This document shows positions 25,628-34,167 of a stretch of 45,642 nt of DNA, in pieces; the first letter of the stretch is position 1, and each line of letters begins with the position of its first letter. Below the pieces are notes generated by a model that saw only the letters and a list, made by a program, of their open reading frames with translations, made no database searches and was not told the DNA's origin. The DNA is from an uncultured Gammaproteobacteria bacterium (GTDB taxonomy: Bacteria; Patescibacteriota; Microgenomatia; UBA12405): the NCBI GenBank assembly GCA_964544275.1, contig CAZIZX010000001.1, forward strand, positions 1 to 45,642, in the 5' to 3' direction. Both the position numbers and the translations under genes were made by a program.

Positions 25628-27030
25628 ATCACTCTCGGAAATAACGGTTTTTCTAAAGTCTTTATTTTTCCCGTAAAACACGCCTCTATTTGCTGTGACA
25701 CTGTTGGCATAAACGGTCTTAGAAGCACACTGGCTCTTTTTACGTTTAACACTAGCCCTTTCAACAAACTGATTCTAACAGGATCGTCCGCGTCTAGTTT
25801 CCACGGCGACTCCAGGTTTAATTTGGTATTAGCAACATCAATATAATCCGCAAAAACTTTATTTAACGCTTCGTCAAAATTTAAGCCTTCAACCAAATCA
25901 ACAAAGCTACCGTCAATATCGCTTTCTACTCCCTCAACCTCCAGTCCTTCAGCCAACTTACTTAACCTCGACACTAAATTCCCCAAGTTATTCGCCAAAT
26001 CTGCATTATATCTCTCCTTAAACCTCTCGATTCCCACGTCCGAGTCATTATCAGTCGGAAAAGATCTGGCAATCAAATATCGGCTTCCGTCTACCCCAAA
26101 AAGGTCAATTAACTGCTGAGGAGAAATCACGTTCCCCAACGATTTTGACATCTTTTGCCCGTCAATTACATAAAAACTATGAATAACAGTTTTTTGAGGC
26201 AGCTCCAGTCCTGCCGACAAAAGCATTGCTTGCCAGATTACTGTATGGAACCACAAAATCTCTTTTGCCAGCAGGTGAGTATTTGCTGGCCAGAATCCTT
26301 GCTTATTTTCGACAAATCGTGTCGCGCTATAATAATTAATCAAAGCATCTATCCACACATAAATCGTATGCTTCTCGTCCCAGGGCACCGGAAGTCCCCA
26401 CTCTACATTTTCCCGTGAAATTGATATATCCCTGACTCCTGCCCTTAACTTTGACAGTACTTCACTTCTTTTTCCTTCCGGAAAAACATAATTACTTTCA
26501 TCGTTTTCTATCAGCTTAATTATTCTTGGCACATATTTTGACAACTTAAAAAACCAGTTTTCTTCCTCTTTCCACACCGTCTTTTCCGGTGGATGTAACG
26601 GACAATGACCGTCAACCAAATCAGTCTCGCTCAAAAAGCTCTCGCACCCGACACAATACCAACCCTCGTACTTTCCTTTGTAAATATCACCATTATTATA
26701 AATTTTTTGCAAAAATTCTTTCACCACCGCTTCATGTTTTGGATCTGTCGTTCTTATAAAAAAATCATTACTGACATTCAGACTCTTCCAGGCTTCAACG
26801 AAGCGGGGGGCAATCTTGTCACAATACTCCTTTGGCGACAGTCCGGCTTTTTTGGCCGAATCGTCAACCTTTTGACCGTGTTCATCCGTTCCGGTCAGGA
26901 AAAAAACGTCGTCTCCAATCTGCCGGTGTAACCTGGCAATAAAATCAGCCGCCAGTGTCGTACAGGTATGCCCGATATGGGGCACGTCATTTATATAGTA
27001 AATTGGGGTAGTAACGTAAAATTTGTTCAT
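25624..27030 (-). CDS. metG: methionine--tRNA ligase (short form without C-terminal dimerisation domain)
   Basis: YVTTPIYY, PHIGH, LTGTDEHGQK, CVGC/CPLH knuckle, YVWIDAL, KMSKSLGN. Confidence 0.97.
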   Translation of the reverse strand: MNKFYVTTPIYYINDVPHIGHTCTTLAADFIARLHRQIGDDVFFLTGTDEHGQKVDDSAKKAGLSPKEYCDKIAPRFVEAWKSLNVSNDFFIRTTDPKHEAVVKEFLQKIYNNGDIYKGKYEGWYCVGCESFLSETDLVDGHCPLHPPEKTVWKEEENWFFKLSKYVPRIIKLIENDESNYVFPEGKRSEVLSKLRAGVRDISISRENVEWGLPVPWDEKHTIYVWIDALINYYSATRFVENKQGFWPANTHLLAKEILWFHTVIWQAMLLSAGLELPQKTVIHSFYVIDGQKMSKSLGNVISPQQLIDLFGVDGSRYLIARSFPTDNDSDVGIERFKERYNADLANNLGNLVSRLSKLAEGLEVEGVESDIDGSFVDLVEGLNFDEALNKVFADYIDVANTKLNLESPWKLDADDPVRISLLKGLVLNVKRASVLLRPFMPTVSQQIEACFTGKIKTLEKPLFPRVI

Positions 27031-27100
27031 TTTTAGAAAATGTCAATTAATAAAGCAATACTCTATTTTGCCATGAATCATCCACAAAAGGAGACCATGG

Positions 27101-27406
27101 CTATGACATTTTCTTGGCCGTTGGTTTTTTAGTCTTGGGTTTTACTGTTTTGGCAGCTTTAGTACTAGTCACCTTTTTTACCTTTTGAGCGTACCCGGAC
27201 TTTAACCGGGATACTTTATTCCGATGGTAAATGTTTTCTTTTTGCATCTTATCCAGACTGGAATATACCTTTTTTAAACCATCAACGCTGGGTTTGGCCA
27301 GGAACTCTTTAACTACTTTTCTTAATTTGCTTTTGGCGTATACATTATCCTTGCGGTTTTTCAAGGACTTTCTTAATGACTTTTTTGCAGATAAACTAAT
27401 TGGCAT
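27101..27406 (-). CDS. rpsT: 30S ribosomal protein S20 with Lys/Ala/Thr/Pro-rich C-terminal tail
   Basis: MPISLSAKKSLRKS, VYSSLDK, IYHRNKVSRLKS. Confidence 0.9.
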   Translation of the reverse strand: MPISLSAKKSLRKSLKNRKDNVYAKSKLRKVVKEFLAKPSVDGLKKVYSSLDKMQKENIYHRNKVSRLKSGYAQKVKKVTSTKAAKTVKPKTKKPTAKKMS

Positions 27407-27476
27407 GGCTCCTATTCTATCTCAACCTTTGGCTATTTACAAGAATTTATATAATAGAGCATAATTCACTTAACTC

Positions 27477-29090
27477 ATGAATATTAAAAATCTCCTCGCC
27501 TTCTACACCACCCGTCGCCAAAATAGTATTCTTTCCGCCTCCATTGTTCTGGGTATTGCCTTTGGTCTTTCTGCTATCTTGGGCTACCTTCGCACCCGGT
27601 TTCTTTACGCCCAGTTTTTTAGTTGCTGCACTTCTGACTTGGATGCTTACAATGCCGCCTTCCGCCTTCCGGACCTAATCTTTAAATTATTGGTCACCGG
27701 AGCTCTTTCTGCCTCATTTATCCCCGTGTTTTCCGACTATCTACATAAAGATCCAAAACAGGCCAACAAAATCGCCTCAACCGTCATTAATCTGCTTTTT
27801 TTGGTTTTTATTGTTGCTGCTGTAATGTTGCTAATTTTCACCCGGCCCTTGTCTGAGCTTATTGCTACCGGTTTTACCCCGCAGCAGTTCGATTTGATGG
27901 TTAATCTAACCAGGATCCTCCTAATCGCCCAGATATTCTTTCTTATCAGTAACTTTATCACTGCTGTTTTACAGGTCAATCAAATCTTCCTCATACCTGC
28001 TATGGCCCCCATCGTCTATAACCTTTTTATAATTTTAAGTATTTTCACCCTGGCCCCACAATTCGGACTTTATGGTGTTGCTTACGGAGCGGTGGTCGGT
28101 GCCTTTTTTCACCTTAGCATTCAGTTACCCATTACTCGAAAAGTAGGTTTTAATTATTCATTTATTGCCGATATTAAGCTCAAAGGTGTTAGAGAGGTAA
28201 TTAGGCTGATGATCCCCAGAAGTTTATCTCTCGGTTTAGGTGAGATCGAGAACACTGTTACTCTCTTCTTTTCCAGCACCCTGCCGGTTGGGTCTTTTTC
28301 TCTGCTTAATTTAGCTCTTCAACTCATTTATCTTCCGTCCAGAATATTCGGCACCACCGTCGGACAGGCTTCCCTGCCCATATTATCCAAAAACATCGCC
28401 CGAAACGAACTGGACATTTTCCGTCAGACCGTCAACAAAACACTTCTCCAAAGCTTATTTATCTCCTTGCCCATCGCCACCTTGATTTTGGTATTACGCC
28501 TCCCTATTGTTCGCATTGCCTATGGTTCCAGACAGTTTCCCTGGGAAGCTACCGTCTTAACTGCTCAAACACTTGCTTTTCTCACCCCGGTAATTGTTAG
28601 TCAGTCTGTTATTCAAATTCTTATCCGCTCCTTTTATGCCCTCCACAACACCAAAACCCCCCTTTATATTTCTTCTGTTGCTTTGGTTTTTAATTTTGTG
28701 CTTAATTATTCTTTTATCAAATTTACCAACCTTGGCATTTTGGGACTGGCCATCAGTTCATCGGTTAGCAATTTGATTCAGGTTACCGGATTAATGTTAT
28801 TGTTCATCAAAAAAGTCGACGGTTTCAATTGGGTATTAACTTTGAAATCAGCTATTCGTATTCTAATCACATCCATATTTATGGGGGTCATCACCTGGAT
28901 CTCCTTCAAAGGATTAGATCTTTTTCTTCTTAATACCAGCCGGACCCTAAACGTCCTTCTTCTTCTTGGTGTGTCTGTTCTCGTTGGTGGCGCTACCTAT
29001 CTGATATTAGCCCAAATACTAAACATCGAAGAATTCTCAGAATACAAAAAATATTTAACCAAAACCAAGCGTTTTATTTCCGTCAAATAG
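27477..29090 (+). CDS. murJ: lipid II flippase MurJ/MviN
   Basis: LGYLRTR, DAYNAAFRLPD, GALSASFIPVF, LLPILSK-like region, RSFYALHNTKTP. Confidence 0.93.
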   Translation: MNIKNLLAFYTTRRQNSILSASIVLGIAFGLSAILGYLRTRFLYAQFFSCCTSDLDAYNAAFRLPDLIFKLLVTGALSASFIPVFSDYLHKDPKQANKIASTVINLLFLVFIVAAVMLLIFTRPLSELIATGFTPQQFDLMVNLTRILLIAQIFFLISNFITAVLQVNQIFLIPAMAPIVYNLFIILSIFTLAPQFGLYGVAYGAVVGAFFHLSIQLPITRKVGFNYSFIADIKLKGVREVIRLMIPRSLSLGLGEIENTVTLFFSSTLPVGSFSLLNLALQLIYLPSRIFGTTVGQASLPILSKNIARNELDIFRQTVNKTLLQSLFISLPIATLILVLRLPIVRIAYGSRQFPWEATVLTAQTLAFLTPVIVSQSVIQILIRSFYALHNTKTPLYISSVALVFNFVLNYSFIKFTNLGILGLAISSSVSNLIQVTGLMLLFIKKVDGFNWVLTLKSAIRILITSIFMGVITWISFKGLDLFLLNTSRTLNVLLLLGVSVLVGGATYLILAQILNIEEFSEYKKYLTKTKRFISVK

Positions 29091-29107
29091 TTGTATATAC
29101 TGTTAGT

Positions 29108-29674
29108 ATGAAACCCAAAAAAGAGATCTCTCTTTTGCCGGAAGATGTCGATCTCAATTCGCCTTCTGCTCGAATTTTACGTTGGATTACTACTGTCGGT
29201 CGGGTTGTCATCATCGTTACCGAGTTAATAGTCATTGGCGCCTTTCTTTCCCGCTTTTATCTTGATCGCAAAAATGCCGACCTGTCAGAAATTATCCGCC
29301 AACAAAAAGCTATTCTCGACAGTACCAAAAGTTTCGAGTCTGAGTTTGTTGACCTCCAGACCAAACTTAGTACCATCAAAAAAGTTTATTCTGCCTCTCC
29401 CGATTATGAAGGAAAAATAAAAAATTTAGTCAGTAGTACCCCTCTGGACATTAGATATGAGCGTCTAAGTGTCAAAAAAGAAGACAACAATCTAATTCTG
29501 GCCGACATTAGCTTAATGGCCTATCAGGAGGAATCAATTGTAAATTTCATCACTAATCTAATTTTGAACCCGGAAATAGACTCGGTCAACGTTACTTCAA
29601 TCCAAAAGAACTCCAAAGAAAACTTCTATCGGGTCAGGATTTCACTGGTTTTCAAAAAGGACACTCAAAGATGA
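29108..29674 (+). CDS. PilN-like type IV pilus alignment protein
   Basis: EISLLP N-terminus, single TM, coiled coil, ferredoxin-like C-domain pattern. Confidence 0.6.
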   Translation: MKPKKEISLLPEDVDLNSPSARILRWITTVGRVVIIVTELIVIGAFLSRFYLDRKNADLSEIIRQQKAILDSTKSFESEFVDLQTKLSTIKKVYSASPDYEGKIKNLVSSTPLDIRYERLSVKKEDNNLILADISLMAYQEESIVNFITNLILNPEIDSVNVTSIQKNSKENFYRVRISLVFKKDTQR

Positions 29675-30321
29675 ACCTACCCAATAACTATAACCTCAAA
29701 ACACAAGAGCTGACGAAGTTTGTCAAGAAACAAAGTGAAAATCAACGTTTCATGAAAACGCTTGAGACCAGTGCTACCTTCTTTTTGATCACAATTTTTG
29801 GCTTATTCGCCATTCGCCCTACTTTTGTTACCATATCAGCCCTTATTGGCGAGATAAAGGCCAAAGAAATATTAGCCAGTCAAATGCGGGACAGGATAAA
29901 AAGTGTCGTCAAGGCCCAGGAAAACTACGCTTTAGTTCAGGAAAAATATTCCATTATTGAATCAAGCCTCCCCGATGGCTATAGATTTTATAACTCATCC
30001 AGTCAGTTTCAAGCTGCTTTCCAGAACAACCAGATGAAACCCAAGCAGATATCCTACGGTTTCCAGTCGGTTGCTAATAAGCAACCGAACACCAACCTTG
30101 ACAATTACACCCTTCGAACGGGTACCAGTTCTGATTTTTCACAGATACTTAATTTCATTGGCAAAATTCTTAATATTAAGCGGCTCATTGATATTAACCA
30201 AATATCCTTCAGTCTTGATAATAGTAGTGGTTCCGAGAACCCGGGCGGGGAAGTACCTTCGGGTGAAGTAAATTTTGACCTAAATGCCGATGTTTATTAT
30301 TGGAATACCGGAAATGAATAA
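29671..30321 (+). CDS. PilO-like type IV pilus alignment protein
   Basis: TM FAIRPT, coiled coil, SSDFSQILNFIGKILNIKRLIDINQISF (G.Y..I..F...IE...RL..I..I.F pattern). Confidence 0.65.
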   Translation: MNLPNNYNLKTQELTKFVKKQSENQRFMKTLETSATFFLITIFGLFAIRPTFVTISALIGEIKAKEILASQMRDRIKSVVKAQENYALVQEKYSIIESSLPDGYRFYNSSSQFQAAFQNNQMKPKQISYGFQSVANKQPNTNLDNYTLRTGTSSDFSQILNFIGKILNIKRLIDINQISFSLDNSSGSENPGGEVPSGEVNFDLNADVYYWNTGNE

Positions 30322-30601
30322 CAAAAAAACTCCTTCTTATCTCATATTTATTTCCATATTTACCTTAGTTACCGTGCTTATCATGATTGCTCACAAAAGT
30401 TACGACAACCTTGTCCGGCCTACAGAGGTAGTTATGACGTCGGAGAATGTTAAGCCACTCAATACTACCATTGATCTTAGCGTTCTTGAAGAAATCGAAA
30501 AAAGAGAAGAACTTGTCGTACAAGATTTGAATGTTGGACTACCGGTAACTCCGGATTATTTTGAAGACGCCACCGGTACCCCATCAGCTGAGCCTCAATA
30601 A
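30314..30601 (+). CDS. small bitopic membrane protein in PilP position
   Basis: ATG 30314 coupled to the pilO-like stop; N-terminal TM; LNTTIDLSVLEEIEKR. Confidence 0.55.
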   Translation: MNNKKTPSYLIFISIFTLVTVLIMIAHKSYDNLVRPTEVVMTSENVKPLNTTIDLSVLEEIEKREELVVQDLNVGLPVTPDYFEDATGTPSAEPQ

Positions 30602-30602
30602 A

Positions 30603-31919
30603 ATGCGACAAGAAAAAAGGATACCGACACTTTTGGGCTTGTTTTTTTTAACTTTTGTGATTTTTGCCGGCGTAGTTTTGACCCAGCAGAACATTGGACT
30701 GAATATAAAAGCCAGCCCCACCTGTCAGCCCGTCAACCCTCAAGTCTCCAACATCACCCACACCTCAGCCGATGTTTCTTTCCTCACCGAATCGGTATGC
30801 TCTATCGCTTTAAAAATCGACAACCGCACCATCACTAATTTCAAGGAGAACTCAAAAGTCCACTATTTTCAGGTAAATAATCTAAAAGAATCCACTCAGT
30901 ATACTTACAGTTTTGTCATAAACGCCAAAGAAATTCAAAATGACAATTATCGATTTAAAACAGCTAATCGACCGTCAGGTAAAATGCCCACTTCAAATTT
31001 AGCCTGGGGGAAGGTTTATACTGCCGGATACAATCCTGCCGCCGATGCTGTTGTCTATTTAAACATTCCTGGCGCATCCCCACTTTCTTCCCTGGTAACC
31101 TCAAATGGTTATTGGAATATCTCGCTTGCTACCAGTTTCAACATGGACAAAAATTCCTGGTTCACCCCCCCCGACAATGTCGAAGAAGAAATCATAGTTT
31201 TATTTCCCGGTTTCTCACCCACTCAAATCACCAGCAACACCTCAAAAAACAACCCGGTCCCCGATATAATTATTGGCCAAAATTCCTTCTCCAAAATCCA
31301 AATCGATGAATTGGCTTCGGGCATTCTGCTGCCGGAAAGTGGTGGAATACCAAGCATACAACTCGATGTTCTCAATCCTAAGGATAATGAATCAATCAAT
31401 ACCCAAAAACCCGATATTTTTGGTAGCGCCCCCCCCGGCTCTGAGTTGGATATCTTAATTGAGTCACCCCAAAGCTACAACGGCAAAACAACCGCTTCTA
31501 CCAACGGCTCTTGGAACTGGTCTCCACCGGCAAATCTGGAACCGGGAGAACACACCATTACGGTCACCGCTACCGATCCCAAAACGGGCGCCATTCAAAC
31601 TATAAAAAGAAAATTTATTGTCATGGCTGCCGAAGACAACACCCTTGCCTTTACTGCTTCTGGTTCTGCCGTACAACCCAGTCCGACCCCGACGCTTAAA
31701 CCCAGCCCAACCACAGCGGTAGCTACTCCCATCCCCACTTCCGTTCCGACGACCAAGATCAACACTCCCACTTCAATCCCGGTAACCAAAACGGAAAGCC
31801 CAAGTACGGATTCAGGTATACCAGTTGCTGGTACCACCCTTCCCACACTGGCTTTAATTTTATTTGCTTCTTGCCTTCTAGGACTAGCTCATACCATATC
31901 AAAAAAATCAGGTATTTAA
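30603..31919 (+). CDS. surface protein: N-terminal TM, FN3-like, Ig-like (Big) domains, Pro/Thr stalk, IPVAG + TM C-terminus
   Basis: PQVSNITHTSADVSF...VHYFQVNNLKESTQYTY (FN3); SNGSWNWSPPANLEPGEHTITVTATD (Big-like); GIPVAGTT-hydrophobic-KK. Confidence 0.8.
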   Translation: MRQEKRIPTLLGLFFLTFVIFAGVVLTQQNIGLNIKASPTCQPVNPQVSNITHTSADVSFLTESVCSIALKIDNRTITNFKENSKVHYFQVNNLKESTQYTYSFVINAKEIQNDNYRFKTANRPSGKMPTSNLAWGKVYTAGYNPAADAVVYLNIPGASPLSSLVTSNGYWNISLATSFNMDKNSWFTPPDNVEEEIIVLFPGFSPTQITSNTSKNNPVPDIIIGQNSFSKIQIDELASGILLPESGGIPSIQLDVLNPKDNESINTQKPDIFGSAPPGSELDILIESPQSYNGKTTASTNGSWNWSPPANLEPGEHTITVTATDPKTGAIQTIKRKFIVMAAEDNTLAFTASGSAVQPSPTPTLKPSPTTAVATPIPTSVPTTKINTPTSIPVTKTESPSTDSGIPVAGTTLPTLALILFASCLLGLAHTISKKSGI

Positions 31920-31952
31920 TTCCTCCACATTTTCCTCTAAACTAACAATAGA

Positions 31953-33233
31953 ATGTTTGTTAAGAAATATCTTTACGCCTTTTTAACCATTGTTTTTATT
32001 TCACTATCTCTAGTTGGAACCCTATATCTAGTCCAAAGAAATCAGGACATTCGCGATCATGCTGCCGGGGAAAACCAGTTGGTTTGCATGCCAATTGATG
32101 ATAGCGGCAACATAACTGCTGAAAAGTATCGATATAATCGAATAAAAGTTACCAACAACACCGGTGGTAATGTAATTATCTGGATCCAGGAAAACCTATG
32201 TGATTACAAAGGGACCATGCCTTCCGCCGGATATCGTTGCGATAATTACCACCGTCGTTACAACGATACTGTCGGCCCCGGTCAATCAAAAATTTACTCT
32301 ATGGATGTTCCTTGCGGGAAAATTGGTCAACTTGATATTGCCCAGGACGATGCCCAAATGGGCACTTATGTTCCGGATTGTTACAACACCACCGATCAAC
32401 AAATTTGGAGCGGAGGCATATCTTTCACCATCAAAGCCGATACCCGCACCAACTGTTGCCCTCAGGTAAACTTAAGTGTCCTCCCCTCTCAAGTGTCACC
32501 CGGAGGCAAAGTGACTTTTGATGCCTCCAGTTCACAACCCCTTGTTTGTGTCGAAATGCAATCAGTAAACGGAACCACCGGCAGTCTCTCTCCGACTAGG
32601 ATAGAAGGAGGTCATTGGAAATGGGACGCCACCGCCATATCTACTCCCGGGAAATATACGGTCACCTTTAGAGGCAACACAAAAGACAGTGGAGTTGGCG
32701 ACTGCCCCAGTCGGGCCATCGGCGATTGGTGCCCCGCCCAGGCGACTTTTGACATTCAACCTGCCACTACCAACACCCCCACCCCTACCGCCACCAAAAC
32801 TCCAACTCCGACAGCCACTAAAACTCCGACTCCCACTGCTACCAAGACACCGACCCCAACTGCCACTCGGGTTCCCACCAACACCCCCAGTCCCACCGCC
32901 ACCAACACTCCACCCCCCGGAGCTACTCTCACATCCACCCCCATCGCCACCAACACCCTCACCCCTACCGCTACTAACACTCCAGCCCCTACTAATACTC
33001 CACCTCCCGGAGCCACCTTAACTCCCACTCCTCTGGCTACCAATACTCCAGTACCCACTCCTGTCATCGCCGAAAGCACGCCCGTTCCTCCTACAGGTAC
33101 TCCAGTTTACGTTGCCCAAGTGCCAAGCCCGACCACGGTTATTTTGCCCCAAGCCGGAGTTAATTTCCCTCTTCAGTTATTAGCTGTTGTTGGTACAATT
33201 ATCACCCTTTTTGGGTTTTTGATATTATTGTAA
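31953..33233 (+). CDS. surface protein: N-terminal TM, Cys-rich domain, Pro/Thr stalk, LPQAG + TM C-terminus
   Basis: VQRNQDIRDHAAG after TM; many Cys; tandem TPTPTATK; ILPQAGVNFPLQLLAVVGTIITLFGFLILL. Confidence 0.8.
   Translation: MFVKKYLYAFLTIVFISLSLVGTLYLVQRNQDIRDHAAGENQLVCMPIDDSGNITAEKYRYNRIKVTNNTGGNVIIWIQENLCDYKGTMPSAGYRCDNYHRRYNDTVGPGQSKIYSMDVPCGKIGQLDIAQDDAQMGTYVPDCYNTTDQQIWSGGISFTIKADTRTNCCPQVNLSVLPSQVSPGGKVTFDASSSQPLVCVEMQSVNGTTGSLSPTRIEGGHWKWDATAISTPGKYTVTFRGNTKDSGVGDCPSRAIGDWCPAQATFDIQPATTNTPTPTATKTPTPTATKTPTPTATKTPTPTATRVPTNTPSPTATNTPPPGATLTSTPIATNTLTPTATNTPAPTNTPPPGATLTPTPLATNTPVPTPVIAESTPVPPTGTPVYVAQVPSPTTVILPQAGVNFPLQLLAVVGTIITLFGFLILL
32770..33060 (+). repeat. tandem Pro/Thr repeats (TPTPTATK-type x3-4; TNTPPPGATLT(S/P)TP(I/L)ATNT x2)
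   Basis: Seen directly in the translation; the DNA is synonymously diverged; boundaries approximate. Confidence 0.85.
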
Positions 33234-33237
33234 CCGG

Positions 33238-34167
33238 ATGACCACGATTATTGGTGTCAATATTTATTCACTTTTTGAAGCTCTCCGCCCGGCCCAATGG
33301 ATAAAAAACCTAAATCTATTTGCCGCCGCGATTTTAAACGGTCAGCTGACTAACTCCGAAGTATTTCTAAAAAGCACTGGTGCCTTCGTCGTATTTTGTT
33401 TACTATCTTCATCCTCCTATTTAATAAACGATCTTGTTGACATAAAAAGCGACCGGCTTCATCCCACCAAAAAAAACCGACCCCTTGCTCGTGGCGACGT
33501 GCCTGAATCTTTGGCTGTAGTCGCAGCTTTTATTTTATTAATACTTGGCTTATTCTTGGCCCTTTTTATTAATCCAGGGTTTTTGTTGATATCTCTTCTA
33601 TTTATAATTTTGCAGTACTCCTACTCACTGGTACTAAAAAAGAAAGCCATACTGGATATTATTGGTATCGCTTTTTTCTTTATATTAAGGGCCTTTGCTG
33701 GCGAAATTGCTACCGGGTATCACTTACCAGTTTGGATTATGCTCACGGTAATTTTCCTCTCTCTATTTATTGCCAGCGGCAAAAGACGCAGCGAACTAAC
33801 TAACGTTGGTACCAAGTCCAGGTCCGCCCTCAAAGGATACAAAACGTCCTTGCTCAATTTTTACACCACCATGTTTGCGGTCTGCACTCTCATTGCATAT
33901 GCTATGTTCACTTTTCTTGAAGAATCCGTCAATTTCCAGGGTATAATTCACAACTTTCTTCTGGAAAATTTTCCAGCAGCTTTAGGCAGAAAATGGTATA
34001 TGGCCACTTTATTGCCGGTAATTTTTGGGATCATGCGTTATGGTCAGATAATCTTTGAAATGCAGGAAGGCGAGCGACCGGAAAAAGTTATCGCCACTGA
34101 CATACCTTTAATCCTTTCGGTTCTCGCCTGGGGCTTGATGCTAATTACAATTATCTATGTTCTTTAA
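33238..34167 (+). CDS. UbiA-family prenyltransferase, decaprenyl-phosphate phosphoribosyltransferase (DPPR synthase)-like
   Basis: LRPAQWIKN, SSYLINDLVDIKSDRLHPTKKNRPLARG, ASGKRRSEL. Confidence 0.85.
   Translation: MTTIIGVNIYSLFEALRPAQWIKNLNLFAAAILNGQLTNSEVFLKSTGAFVVFCLLSSSSYLINDLVDIKSDRLHPTKKNRPLARGDVPESLAVVAAFILLILGLFLALFINPGFLLISLLFIILQYSYSLVLKKKAILDIIGIAFFFILRAFAGEIATGYHLPVWIMLTVIFLSLFIASGKRRSELTNVGTKSRSALKGYKTSLLNFYTTMFAVCTLIAYAMFTFLEESVNFQGIIHNFLLENFPAALGRKWYMATLLPVIFGIMRYGQIIFEMQEGERPEKVIATDIPLILSVLAWGLMLITIIYVL

Noticed and set aside
27101-29090. rpsT-murJ divergent pairing as a novel link
   Set aside because: This synteny is common in bacteria.
32770-33060. Possible CRISPR or DNA-level tandem array
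   Set aside because: The repeats are conserved at protein level with synonymous divergence and have no spacers; this is a coding PT linker.
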